From assembly GCA_032718475.1 (NCBI GenBank), contig JAUCBJ010005476.1, positions 1-56,552 on the forward strand: DNA of 56,552 nt, read 5' to 3'. The notes below the pieces were generated by a model. It was not told the DNA's origin, did no database searches, and saw only the letters and a list, made by a program, of their open reading frames with translations. Position 1 is the first letter of the stretch. The number at the start of each line of letters is the position of its first letter. Source of the DNA: Nemertoderma westbladi. Lineage: Eukaryota; Animalia; Xenacoelomorpha. A program made the translations under genes and the position numbers. Below, piece by piece: positions 25,188 through 38,211 of this stretch.

Positions 25188-27023
25188 ATGTCACCATTAT
25201 TTATACTGGTCCTGTTGACTATGGGGGAAAGATTGCCGGTACAGCGACCAACAAGGACTACAGCACCACCGCGTTATTATGGATTTGATCCGGAAGGTGA
25301 TGTCGGAGCGGATTTAGCTGAAGTTGGAAGCGATTATGATTGTAATTCTACGACAACTAGTAGTGGAGAGAGTTCTTTCGGTACTGATAGTGAAACTGAT
25401 GATGACAATCTATCGAGTACCGGTACCGTTACCGGTACAGATGATGATGATGGGTTATACTCCTTACCAGAAGAACCATGGACTTTTGTAAATCCCGGAG
25501 ACGATAGTTATAACGCCACCCATCCAATGACTTTTACAGGTACGCCAGGGTGGACCAACGGCATAACTATCGGAAACGATTTCAATGAAATAGACTATGC
25601 AAAGTTGTTTCTAACTGATGAATTATTTACAAACATTACAGACTGGACTAATAAGAGAGGCGAAATGTATATGCAGGCAGATATTTCCAAATCCTGGAAA
25701 CCTGTGTCTTTAGAGGAAATGAAGAAATTTATTGGACTTACAATCCATATGGGTATCCTAAAGAAGCCTGACATTCGCTCATATTGGGCCACTGATGAAC
25801 TCATGGAGACACCGTTTTTTTTTAAATTTGACTCTATGAGTAGAAACCGTTACATTAGAATATTGAAATGTATTCGTTTTTCAGATCCAGACCAAGTTCT
25901 ACACAACGATAAAGAGTCACGAATTCGAGGATTAGCTGAAATTACAAACAAAATCTGCAAGCAGTATATTCCGGACCGAAATTTATCCATCGATGAATCT
26001 CTGATGTTACACAAAGGAAGACTTGCATTCAAAATGTTCATAAAAACTAAACGGGCGCGTTTTGGAATAAAACAGTTTATTGTGTGTGATCATCGTGGTT
26101 ACATGGTACAAGTACGTGTTTATTTCGGTAAGAAAGTCCTTATACCCCAAGTTCCTACAACTGAGTATATTTCCATGAGCGAAAATATAGTTGCATTGTT
26201 GTTAGCAGAATCAGACCTGTTAGATAAAGGATACATTGTCCATATCGATAACTGGTATTGTAGTGTTAGATTGGCAGAATTTCTTTATAACCGCACTACT
26301 GCTCTACGAGGAACAATTCTAACTAAACGCGGAATTCCATCAATGTTGAAATTATTTCAACAAATCCCAATATCTGCGAAATTTATGAGATTGAATTACA
26401 TGCTTGCGGTCAAGTATACTGACAAGCGCGATGTATATGTATTGTCAACAATAGATGATGCCGGGTTGGTTCCAAAATCCCGCATAGAGCGAGGTGGCGA
26501 CACTCGTGACTACAATAAACCACTCTCAATTGAATTATATAATAAAAACATGGGCGGGGTTGATGTACAGGACCAGTTATTGGATTATTATAACCCGATT
26601 CGCCGTAGTCACACATGGTTCAAAAAGATAGGTTTCAATTTTATCGCACGTCTTCTACTAAACGCTTTTATTATCTTCAAGTCGGAAAGGAAATCTGTGA
26701 AAGAAAAACGTAATGCTACTCTCCTTCTATTTGAAAAGAAGGTAGTTATTTGGCTCACTAACATGGAGTGTAAATCACCACGCCGAAAGGGTAAAAGGAA
26801 ACCCCCAATCCCCCCCAGTTCCCAAATATCACCAGTTCCGACAATACATACTCTAATATTGATACCTTCTACTGCTTGTGTAAAGAACCCAAGGAACCGA
26901 TGTAGAGTGTGTTACCAGAAGGGTAAACGTAAGCTTACGCGATACTATTGCCCTCAATGTGAAACGAAGCCTCCCCTGTGTATCGACTGTGTTTCAATAT
27001 GGCAGCATTCAAGTGGATCGTAA
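25188..27023 (+). CDS. piggyBac transposase, intact 611 aa
   Basis: Acidic N-terminus, DDD triad (SIDESL, HIDNWY, GGVDVQDQ) and C-terminal cysteine-rich domain CRVC..YYCPQC..PLCIDC..H. No stops. Confidence 0.93.
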   Translation: MSPLFILVLLTMGERLPVQRPTRTTAPPRYYGFDPEGDVGADLAEVGSDYDCNSTTTSSGESSFGTDSETDDDNLSSTGTVTGTDDDDGLYSLPEEPWTFVNPGDDSYNATHPMTFTGTPGWTNGITIGNDFNEIDYAKLFLTDELFTNITDWTNKRGEMYMQADISKSWKPVSLEEMKKFIGLTIHMGILKKPDIRSYWATDELMETPFFFKFDSMSRNRYIRILKCIRFSDPDQVLHNDKESRIRGLAEITNKICKQYIPDRNLSIDESLMLHKGRLAFKMFIKTKRARFGIKQFIVCDHRGYMVQVRVYFGKKVLIPQVPTTEYISMSENIVALLLAESDLLDKGYIVHIDNWYCSVRLAEFLYNRTTALRGTILTKRGIPSMLKLFQQIPISAKFMRLNYMLAVKYTDKRDVYVLSTIDDAGLVPKSRIERGGDTRDYNKPLSIELYNKNMGGVDVQDQLLDYYNPIRRSHTWFKKIGFNFIARLLLNAFIIFKSERKSVKEKRNATLLLFEKKVVIWLTNMECKSPRRKGKRKPPIPPSSQISPVPTIHTLILIPSTACVKNPRNRCRVCYQKGKRKLTRYYCPQCETKPPLCIDCVSIWQHSSGS

Positions 27024-27258
27024 CTAAATAATTATTATATTATAAATAATTATTATTATAGATGGATACATGTATTATTGTCATCATACATCCGTGGTTT
27101 GTATTATTGTCATTATACATCTGTTTTTTTGATTAAAATTTTTATAACAATATTCTTCACCATTCAACAAGTCCATGATACTTGACAACTCAAAATTTTA
27201 TAATTTTTTTCATAGAACCTTTATTTGTAAAAATAAAAAATACAAAAAATCCAAACCA

Positions 27259-27325
27259 TGACCTGGCATTGAACACGGTACTAGCACATCTGAATTCTGG
27301 CGCTTTACCAAGTGAGCTATCTGAC
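27259..27325 (-). pseudogene. tRNA-like / SINE-head remnant inside the piggyBac 3' region
   Basis: Minus strand gtcagaTAGCTCACTTGGTAAAGCg...gtGTTCAATGCCaggtca has A-box and B-box at tRNA spacing. The anticodon stem pairs poorly. Confidence 0.55.
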
Positions 27326-30300
27326 ATGGAGGAAGCCTTATCAAGATTTAAAAAAAACTAATAATATAGAAATTTGAAATTAATTACCAGAACTTTGAGG
27401 ATCCATCTGTCGTACACCAACTAAAACCTACCCCTATAAAGATACAGATTCATTCTAAATAAATTAGTTATAAATAAATAAAATTGAATTTTTTTTCTAC
27501 CATTCGACTAAATATATGATTCTCCACAACTTTGACTTTCATCATTTTTGCATAGGACTTACGGTTTTCTTAAATAGCAAAATTTATTACCTATTTAATT
27601 ATAAATAATATTAGTTATAAATAAAATTAAATTTTTTTTTTACCATTCGACTAAGTATATGATTCTCCACAACTTTGACTTTCATCATTTTAGCATAGGA
27701 CTTACAGTTTTCTTAAATAGCAAAATTTATTACCTATTTAATTATAAATAATATTAGTTATAAATAAAATTAAATTTTTTTTCTACCATTCGACTAAGTA
27801 TATGATTCTCCACAACTTTGACTTTCATCATTTTTTTATAGGACTTACAGTTTTTCTAAATAAAAACCAAATTTTTATTGGCGCATCAATTACGGTTTTT
27901 GAAAAGGCTTGGTACTGAAAGGGTTAAAAGCATTTTTCTCAGTTTTTTGAAATTAGCAATATTTTGGTACAAAAAGGCTATTTTTTCACCAATTTTGGTC
28001 CATTTGTGTTGAAATTTGGAACACATGCCCCTGACTCCCCCCCCACTCATCCAAAATTGTGGTCAAAATTATTATATTTTATTTATTTCGATTTTTATGT
28101 ATTTTTATTTATATTTTTTTATATATATTTTATATTTTAAAATATATAATGCTCTAAAATTTTTCAAAATTGAAAATTTCAAAATTCCACCCAAGCAATA
28201 TCTTACATACATTTCTACCAAATTCCGACGAAAAATAATGATCTTTGCGGCTGTTTTTACATTTTATCCAGGTTAAGGCGAAAATTTTTATATATATATA
28301 TATATAATATATATATAATAAATAATTTTCATAATTTTTTTTTCAAGACGTGTACATATATATCCTTCTGCTTCCTACTCAATTTCAGGAATAATTGATA
28401 TATTTTGCACCATCTAGAGGTCATTTAGTGAATGTTGTATTTTAGGTGGCTACCCCCCCTTAATATTCACATGGTTCCCTTGATAGCACACCCATATGAT
28501 GTCTCATCCAACCATGTCCGCATTTTCCTTATTTAGTGATAAACGATCAGCTGCAAAGCTAGGTGGACACTTCCTTAGGCTAGGAAATGTTTCTATCCAA
28601 ATAATATGTGGATGATATTCTACTTTTCCGTTTGATGGTAAAATACCAATATAATCAATAAGTAGCAGTTTCTAAATTAGATAGTGCTGCTGCATTATCA
28701 TGAGCTCTCATGAACCCATGAACTAAATGCTTTATGTGGGATTCTCCTGAAATCAATATGTGGAATTGGCTGAATGTGTGTTTCTCAGTGCACTACATTT
28801 AACTTTAATATATTATTGCAATTTAAATCAGCTTTCCATTTGTATTTCCTAGGCATTGTGATACTTTTAAGTGTACATTAGTATTTTTATAAATTTGCTA
28901 TAATATTTTCAATATGTTTCTTGCTAAACTTTAACATGCAGTGAACTGTTGAATATAAATAATGGGAATACTTATATTTTAAAGAGTTATATTTTATGAA
29001 CTTCATTCATAAATCATTCACAAATCACAACCTCTCTATCGGTCAGTTAGATAGTGAGTCCCAGTGTCTTCTAAAAATAGTAAATAAAGTTTTTAAATGT
29101 GTTTTATATTCTATATTATACAATCATGGTCAGTGAGGCTCTGATTGAAAGCTTTAAGCTACTTGAAATAGTTTATGATCTCAAAAAAATTAATAATTAA
29201 AAAGTGTAGGGTTCGGAAAGAAAATTCGGGGGGGGGGGGGGGGGGGGTTATATTGACCACCCCCCCCCCCCCTCTTTATCTGATAGCTTTAATATTGCCA
29301 TGAAAATATCTGAATTTGTTTCTTAAAAATTTTGAATTTTCTTTCTGTTACAGAGACACGAACTTTCGCACACCACGCGACTCGTTGTTACATTCGTTAA
29401 GTATCAACTCGAAAGATTTATAAGGAAAATATAAGAAAATGACCCTAATCACTTTACCACCTAGAGGTAGATTTAAGATTAACGATTATTTAACGATTAA
29501 TTAACGATTTAAGAAAAACTCAGTCTGATATATCTGACAATCTAAAATATATGTACCTATATATGTCCTTATTCACTAATTAATTATTTATATATTTGCA
29601 TAGATGTATATAAACTTACTTTTGAAGGCTGTCACAATATTTGGGTATTAATCCGTAATTGAATTTCTATCTGTCCTGTTATGAAAAAATTACTTGCAAT
29701 AGAATTTGTCATCAGGGAATTCACAATAATATTAGCTGCTTTCCTGCAATCCTGCGTCAACGTTCTATCAGAAATCTCCTTGATCTAAAAAAATTACACT
29801 TTATTAAATATTGCATTAATTTATTTAATTTCATTGAATCATTGGTCTAATTAATAGCTACTTAAATTGGCCATTTCTTTTTGCTGGATAATTTAATATA
29901 TCTCAAATTAAGTAGAATATAATTAATTATATTATTAAGAAATATTAAGTAGTAGAATATAAAACGTACCATAGACCTTTTCACTGATTTCTCATTTAAA
30001 GCCCTCTCCCACTTCTCCATGTCCTCTATATTGCGGATTGGCAGCGGGGATGGGCCTATATTATATATATGACTCTGACATGGTGGCATAAGGGTTTGTT
30101 TGTCCTCTCTATGTGATTAAACATTATTGAGTTGAACAACTTTGGTAATTAAAATCTGATATAAAATTAGTTAATAAATTTTCTATCGTCAATTACACAT
30201 AACATTTTTGATATTCTAAGATGTTTAGCCCCCACATGTTTCAGTATGAAATGTGTATAACTACATCGAGCCATAAGTCCACCACCCTTTTAAACGACTT

Positions 30301-30451
30301 TTTATAAAATATCAATGTTAGAATACAAATCTATACTCAATACTCATATGTAATCAACCTTTGGTTGTTTTTAATCTCATCTTATCTGTCAGTTATATTT
30401 TTATATATGTTTTATATAAGTTATAATTTACCTTGACATACTACATTATCA

Positions 30452-31133
30452 TTCCAAATCAGCATGTTTTATTGATATAAAAGGTAGATGAAATGTTTAA
30501 TTCAATGCTTAATAGATATGTACAGGCAGACCAATAAGCTGGGGTGCCGCACCCATATTGTGACGCTCGCCCTATTGGTGAAGGAAAGTTTCCATCAGTT
30601 TTCCTAAATACATAAATGTTCATGTCCAAAAGGATGTTGACTTCACTTCACTGGGCGTGTCTGTCGGTTCTACAGTAGGTGCCATAAAATACAGTAGCTA
30701 ATGGAAGAGACACATTGTTTCCTACCGTCAACGTCATTGTCAACGTTATTGTCATTATCAATGTGAACGTCAACGTCTCTGCCGTCATTGCCCTGCGTGG
30801 TTGTCGATGTCGTCATCAACATAATTGTCGTTCATGTCGTGTTTAACCATAAACTGTAACGGTAACCCGTGAACATGTAAAAAGTGTCATCATTATGAAA
30901 CCACAAACTTCACCTATCGTGTCACCCTTCTATTGTGCTCTAGAAAATAGTGTGCTTTTTTAATTGATTGAAATAACTGATATGTCCATGCCAATCGAAC
31001 TAAACTTTATTTACAATCTGTGAGGTGGGAATGACGCATATGGTTCGTGTGTCTTGATCCACTCCTAACCAACAGAAACGAGACAGTGAAGTCAGAAAGG
31101 GGAAGAGAAGTATCATCACAAAATACCATCACA
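30452..31133 (-). repeat. Diverged partial copy of 39839-40528 (EnSpm-element distal region)
   Basis: Same sequence from ttccaaatcagcatgtttt to aaataccatcacat, with scattered substitutions and indels. Confidence 0.85.
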
Positions 31134-31196
31134 TAAAGGTTTTTTAGGTGTATGTACAATGTTATTGTTTATATGTAATTAAACCTAAAGTTTTTA

Positions 31197-31466
31197 TAAA
31201 CTAAAAATAATAATAATTTCTCAACACAGAATGAATTCATTGTTTGCTACGCAGCTAGTAGGTATCTAGTACTGCTGAACACTGAAATCAAATTCAAAGC
31301 AATTGCTCGTACTAAAAATATAAACTAAAAATAATAATAATTTCTCAACACTAAAAATATAAACTAAAAATAATAATAATTTCTCAACACAGAATGAATT
31401 CATTGTTTGCTACGCAGCTAGAAGGTATCTAGTACTGCTGAACACTGAAATCAAATTCAAAGCAAA
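31197..31466. repeat. ~105-bp local direct duplication
   Basis: taaactaaaaataataataatttctcaacacagaatg...caaagcaa occurs at ~31197 and ~31360. Confidence 0.85.
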
Positions 31467-31499
31467 GCAAAAGCAATTCAATTTGTTGGGTGTAGTTCT

Positions 31500-31695
31500 A
31501 TTAGGTTCCGGACAATTCTATCTTGAACAATAACTTGGTTCCGGACAATATGGAACTGGACAATTCAGTCCTGAACAATAATTTAGTTACGGACAATTTG
31601 GAACCGGAGAATTCATTGCTGGACAATTAGTTTCCGGACATTTTGGTTCCGGAAAATTCGGTTTCGGACAATTTGGTTCCAGACAATTCGTTACC
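31500..31695. repeat. 15-bp periodic array (ggttccggacaatt-like), probable MITE arm
   Basis: About 12 degenerate 15-bp units, same architecture as the 8536-8853 MITE. Confidence 0.65.
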
Positions 31696-34647
31696 AATAC
31701 AAAATATTATAAGAACCGAATAGTTTTTATTCATTTTTGTAGTTTGATAGAAGGGCTGTCACATGGTGACATCGGTTTTCACCACCTCAATGTTTTCACA
31801 TCATACAGAAATTGGTGTTTGAAAAATTATCTAACTAGATAACAATTAATTAAATGACCATTATCTATAGCACGACATATAATTATGGTCGATTGTCTTA
31901 TATTATTCCATTGGAAGGTTAAAATGAACCTAATTGGAAAAATAAGACGCAGCCAGTTTTCTAGTACAGTATACCAAGTTTCAGCTTGAAACGGATTAAT
32001 ATTAAGGAAACTGTGGAAGGTTTTAGCAACAATGCAACGCAACAATGCCATATATGCCATAAGATTCAGCTTAGACACATTAAAATCACAGAGCAGGTTG
32101 GAGAATGTTGATATTGAACCTTTCCGATATTTCGCCCTGTAGTGGTAGACTGGAGAACTGTAGACCAATCACCTTCCTCAAAAAGACGCAATATACGGTC
32201 TAGTACATATATGTCAACATTTATCTTAAATGCAATCAAATTACTGAGATGGTGGAAGCTTTACTCTTTTAGGTTTGCTCTCTAGTGGCAGACAATACAA
32301 TTACCGTCCTCACAAAGATGCAGGCTGCATTCTATTACATTTCTCACAAGTTTCAGCTTTAATGTATTATAAATGACAATATGAGAGAATAATTTCACTA
32401 TCATATTTATATATGATAGGTATAGATAGGATAGATATAACTGCAGGCGGATTATAGCCCCCTTTGAAAGACACACGATGGATGGTACAAGGACGATACA
32501 AATCTGCTATGTTTCAGCTTGAACAGATTAATAAAAGTTATTCAATGGGAGAACATTTAATATTTAGACATGTAGTCCACTAGTGACCGACGGGAGAACT
32601 ACATAATTCTGTGTGGGTGTAAACTTTGTAAACTTTTCAGTCGTCCTACAACGTTTTAGTTTAAGAATAAAGTAGCGAGCTCCTGAGAAATAAGCTTCAA
32701 AGGATGTGCAGGCAATACTGCTTTCTCAAAACGTGGCAGGTGTACACAAAAATTGTTTACTTCTTCAGTTGGTGGTCCAATCATGGTCCACTCTGTGTAT
32801 GATAAGAAGGATATTAATATGACAGATTTTTGGTCTTTGGAAGCAGTGGGCATTACTGACGATCCAACTAGTGAGGATGATACTGCTATGGAGACTCTTC
32901 AAAAGAGTATTACTTTTATAGATGGTCGATATCATGTTAGTTGGCCGTGGAAATATCCAGTCCAAAGTTGCCAAGTAATTATGGTCTTGTACTTGGCAGG
33001 TTAAAGTCATTATCTGGCAGTTTAATAAATAATATTAAACTGTTAAATGACTACTCAAATATAATTAGTGACCAATTAATATGTGCAATGATTGAGAAGG
33101 TTAACATTGGGGATACTATTCATGGGGATAGATTAATCCACTATATACCACATCACCCAGTTTTTAACCCAGGCTCAGAGACTACAAAGGTACGTATTGT
33201 ATTTGATGCTTCTTCCGAAACAAGCAAAAATTTGAACAGTCTCAATGACTGTACTTATTGCGATTTAGAATAGCTAAAATAGCAATTATTGCTGATATAG
33301 AAAATGCCTTTCTCAACATAGGCCTTAACGAACAGGACCAGGATGTTTGTCATTTTCTTTGGTTTAAGGATCCTTCTAACCCTGCTGTTCAGGGTAATGT
33401 GGAATGTTATAGATTTATACGTGTTCCTTTAGGTATAGTAGCAAGTTTGTTTCTGTTAATGGGTATTCTGCTCTATCATCTAAACCAGTATTCACTGAAG
33501 CATTCTAAATATATTCCATTATGTAATGAGATGGCTGATAAAATTTATGTTGATAACATGTTCTTTTCAGCAGATGAGGGTTTTGATAAATACCAGGAAT
33601 CAAAACTTTGTCTCTCACAAGCATCACTCAACTTGAGGCAATGGGTATCTAACTCAAAGGACTTAATGAAACTGATACCAGCAGATGATCATTCTCCTGT
33701 TTCAATTGTCAAATTTGTAGGCTATATGTGGAATATAGAAGATGATACTATTGTTGTGAAGAATGTACATCCTTTTAAGGTTCGAGATGATCTTACTAAG
33801 AGACTTATATTGAATATGGTTGCATTTAATGCATTAATCACAAAATCAGTTATAAATAATATTGTACATCAGCTTGGTTTATTCCTTGATGACTATGGTC
33901 TAGACTATGGTCTAGTGCGTTGTTCTGGTCGTTTCCCTCTATGGGAAGGGTACTTGTGGAGCAAGTTCCCATTATTGTTACCAAAAATGGATTATGTGAC
34001 AAGGCTTATTATTAGTGACATACAAGAGAGAATAATGCATGGGAGGGTTCACACCCTCAGTAATCTTAGGAAAAGGCTTTGGGTTCCTCAAGGGCGCTCT
34101 ATTGTCCATCAGATTCTTAAATCCTGTTTTATATGCAAACGGTATGGTAATGGACCATATCGTCTATCTCTATTTAGTGGTCTGCCAGAGGAACGCCTTG
34201 GAGCTCATAATCCACCCTTTAGTTTAGTAGGACTTAATTATTTTGGATATTTTGTAACTCGTGATGACTCAGTTTCAGAAGGGAATTCTAAGGTATGGGT
34301 GTGCTTATTCACTTGTTCATCTGGAAGCAGTCTATGATATGTCCACAGAGGAATTTATTTTAGCCTTGCAAAGATTCTGTGCTCGGCGTGGATCTCCTCA
34401 ACAAATCCTATCTGATAATGCTTCACAGTTTAAACTGGCAGATGTGGTTCTTAGAAATTTCTGGGATGAACTGCCAACTAACCCCAATATTTCAGCATAT
34501 CTCAATAATGAACGCATTATGTGGAAGTTTATTCCAGCATTATCTTGGCAGGGAGGAATTTATGAGCGAATTGTGGGTCTTGTGAAAGTGGTTCTTCGAA
34601 AAACACTTAGTAATAAATAAACTCTTGTACCCACATCAGTTGTAAAC

Positions 34648-34827
34648 CGGTCTATGGACAGCCCATGACTTTCTTGAGACGCATCTTAAAGGACTCTGGC
34701 CTTAAAGATGCGGATGATCTAGCAAATGTCATGGGTGATAGGGAGTTGTGGCGGTGCAATTTTGTTGACAAGCCGGCACAGCATTCTTAAAAATGCAGCT
34801 GCAATGCAGCATGCCGATCCTAGTAGT
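34648..34827 (+). mobile_element. RTE LINE 3' stub inserted in BEL integrase
   Basis: TSD agttgtaaac at 34638-34647 and 34828-34837; (TAG)n tail. Confidence 0.9.
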
Positions 34828-34975
34828 AGTTGTAAACTGTCTTATGCCAAGTGGAGTATATGATTAACTCCCGACCTTTAACTTATGTCCCAAATGAAGT
34901 TGGAGATATACCTGTAATCTGCCCTAATGATTTTTTAAAGCAGGACATTCCAATTCTATTCAGATACTAGAAGAT

Positions 34976-35881
34976 ACTACTAGGATCGGCATGCTGCATT
35001 GCAGCTGCATTTTTAAGAATGCTGTGCCGGCTTATCGACAAAATTGCACCGCCACAACTCCCTATCACCCATGACATTTGCTAGATCATCCGCATCTTCA
35101 AGGCCAGTGTCCTTTAAGATGCGTCTCAAGAAAGTCATGGGCTGTCCACCATGCTTATTCACTCCATGAGGCTGCCAAAGTACAAGATTATGCACTGGCT
35201 GGTCCTCACGGCGAAAGCAATGTCCTGCAAAGTGGAGGCGATTTTGTTCTAATGTCAAGCTTGGGGGAATCAATGAGCCCCTTCCAATGTTATATAGTGT
35301 CTGGTTGGAGATGTGTGCATTGTACTTGACACAATGAACCCGGTGTAGCATTCTTGTGAATGTGCCATCCAGAGATTTGGTGTCCTCAGCAGTTAGAGCC
35401 CAGCATGGACTCCCATAGAGGAGTACTGGAACTACTGCTGCTCTAAATAATCGGACCTTAAGTTTCCGATTAATCCTCGTTGACTTCCAAATCCTGGTAA
35501 GCCTATTCAAGGTGGCCCATGCCTTTCCCTTACGTATTCGAAGGTCCTCACCTGACTTCCGGATCCATGATCCCAGGTAACATAAGTCATCCACATGCTC
35601 AAGCATACCATCTTTTGAGCTTATGCTCATCCAATCAGAGACTTGCTGAGGACTTTCAAAATTAACTGTCAAAATTTTGGTCTTTCTGGAGTTAATAAAA
35701 AGACCAACACTAGAAGCAGCATGGTCTAATGAGCTGAGGAGCCGTTGGGCTCCCTCTAGTGATTCTGAGAGTACTCCTAAGTCATCAGCAAAGTCTAGAT
35801 CAGTTAGGTACTTGGAAGGATTTCCTCGACTTCTGGAGCCAGTAGGTGGAGTTATCATCACCCCATCATCATTATGATGAT
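34976..35881 (-). mobile_element. 5'-truncated RTE LINE inserted in BEL
   Basis: ORF 35013-35861 has DLDFADD, YLGS, VLLYG and FAGHC. TSD tactagaagat at 34965-34975 and 35882-35892. Confidence 0.92.
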
Positions 35882-37688
35882 TACTAGAAGATGATAGAGT
35901 GATTTGAGTGACCCTACTTATATTCCTCAGGAGTCATCTGTTTCGAATGTTAGAGATTCATTCAAGAAGATGAATCATATGTTGAATTATTTTTGGACAG
36001 TATGGAAAGATGACTATTTAATGGCTCTTTAGGAATGGAAAGATTATTGCCATAAAAGTAGTCGGAGTAGTGTTCATGAGGAACTAAAAGTAGGAGATGT
36101 AGTGTTGTTGAAGGAGGATGGTGTTTCACGGTGTCTATGGGAAACTGTTACAATTTATAAAATTAACAGAAGTAAAGATTCTATGATTCGGACTGTAGAA
36201 GTACTTCTACCTAATAAGGATCTTAATGCAAAAAAGCGATTTTTAACATACCCAATTAATTTACTTTATCCCCTGGAACTTTCGATCCAGGACCCCTTTC
36301 AACTCCAGGTAAAAGACCATAGCTCTGACCTACTCGCTGTAAACCTGTTCGGAAGGCAGCAATTAAATGTCGTCAGCGTATTGGTGAACTTTTAAATAAT
36401 GACATTCTCAACATAATTCTGTGTTTTTTGTTAACCTATGACTCTTTATTATTTGTACCTACCGCCTGACTGTTCGACATGTTTGCTGTTGTCTGATTAC
36501 AGATTAAAGGTTTTTTAGTTGTTTAGTAGCTGATGCTTTTTTCTTGTGATAGATTCGTGACAGTATTTATTTTACAGTTATATTATTTCAAGCTAGGCCT
36601 ATTACAAGATCATCGGATCATGGATTTCCGATTTACTAGTACATCAGAGTTTGTGGAATCGAACGAATCGATGCGAGGAGGTCCTAGTATCTTTGAGGAC
36701 AACATTCAAAAACCTGACTCTGACTCAATCTCACTCCCACCAACATACCAATTACTTGGACAACCTGTTAGCGTAACTAATAATGATTCCATGGAATGTT
36801 CACGATATAGCGATCCTGAATCGGATCATGATTCAGAATCCACTGACTCCCAGCTGGTTTATGTAGAACCATTGGTGGACTCACATTCTGGCGGAGGCGT
36901 ATCCAATATGTCTTTCATCTCGGACGTGTCTGTTGATCTGGGGGTGCTTAAGTCTGATATTAAAAATTATGAAATTGCCAAATAAAAGCATAAGAGTAGA
37001 AAACCCGGCCTTGGTCGGGATTTTAAAGATATTATGTTGCGCCATATATAAAATTTAAAAAGAAGAAAGACTCAAATCACTTCGAAATAGGAATTGAGAT
37101 ATGGTAGTAAAACGAAAAATATAGGTCAGTCACGTCACCGTCACAAAGGGAAAACACCAACTATATTAACAACGCCATCAGCTTATAAGCGTCGTGCTAT
37201 CAAATCTATTGGGAAGAAGGTGAATATACCTTAAATTATTAAGTATACCTACTTATTCACATAGTAATAGTCATAGTAATACAATACTTAATTAGTTACA
37301 AATTATTACCTACAAATTGAGATAATAATCACAAAAAATAATGTAAATATTATCAAGCAGCGTAATATTTGAGACCATTACATACCCATGTTGTATGCGA
37401 TATTTTATACAGTAATTATAAATAATAATCATCATTGTTTATAATAGTGATCAACATATCGTATAGATTTCAGGCACAAAACAAAATTATATGTGATCAT
37501 TTTCCAATGTTCCATCCAGGTCACAAATTAATTCACAAAAACGAATGATAGCATTATGGTAATAATAGCAAAATATGAAGATGGGGCTATTATGATGAGT
37601 AAAGGATCAGGAATTACACCTCTTGTTAATGCTAACTCATGGGATGGTTTAATTCGTGTAATGGTAAGTTTAGTTTGTAAATTTTACA

Positions 37689-37950
37689 TTGTGCAGAATA
37701 AATTTATCTAAGCTAATGGGATTCTTACCCTTCTTAAGTGTTTTTGGAAGTAATCCTAGATTGCCTGTTGTAACCTCAGAGTCACTTCCAATCATTAATG
37801 ATACCGATAACTTTGACAGAGTTCGGCATCACTTAAACTTGCCTCATGATACTGGAAAGGCATGTATCATGGCTGAGTCAGATAACAGGATAAGCCGAGC
37901 ATTAAAACAGAGAGTTTATTCTAGTAAAGGCCCAATACCGTTAGGTCCCC
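37689..37950 (+). mobile_element. Copia-like (GalEa-type) integrase C-terminal relic
   Basis: GF.P...VFG.NP.LP ... A.I.AES..RI.RAL pattern. Confidence 0.5.
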
Positions 37951-38211
37951 ATCACCAGAATTAATAACTATTAACTCTACTTTAAGAGATATACGTTTTT
38001 TTTCCAAATCAATAATATATCTCACAACTTATCAGGGCATTGTATGTACTTACTAAATAAGTTGATGCAATGTCTAGTGATATTTAAGAACATTATAATG
38101 TTCTTAAATAATTAAAAATAATGTCAAGTCTATCCTGATTATAAAAAAGGGTAAGTCAATGCTTATTAGGCTATATTACTAGCAGGCATTACCCAAGGTG
38201 GGCTTACAAGG

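Larger units (their letters stand above)
24217..27923 (+). mobile_element. Full-length piggyBac transposon (3707 bp)
   Basis: TTAA TSDs at 24213-24216 and 27924-27927. 14-bp TIRs ccctttcggtacca / tggtactgaaaggg (1 mismatch). Subterminal tandem repeats at ~24530-24940 (3x ~170 bp) and ~27460-27860 (3x ~124 bp). Confidence 0.95.
21705..28459 (+). mobile_element. Kolobok-type DNA transposon (transposase 21705-23623, two frameshifts), interrupted by piggyBac
   Basis: Motifs VSYHGTWGTRGH (first Asp apparently mutated to His), ICDGDS, KMDCVNHVAK, HFYCP...WC and TQNANESIN. The 3' end is aggtggctaccccccc followed by TTAA (28460-28463). The 5' terminus was not found. Confidence 0.75.
32760..36400 (+). 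mobile_element. BEL/Pao LTR retrotransposon internal relic
   Basis: FWSLEAVGI, GRYHVSWPWK, HYIPHHPV..TTKVRIVFDAS, ADIENAF, YVDN, H..H..C..C integrase zinc finger, HLE.V.DMSTEEFI..RF.ARRG.P..I.SDNA, WQGGIYERIVG, LLYPLE. LTRs not identified. Confidence 0.9.

Noticed and set aside
36533-36985. 150-aa Ser/Asp-rich ORF
   Set aside because: No recognisable domain; probably a TE N-terminal fragment.
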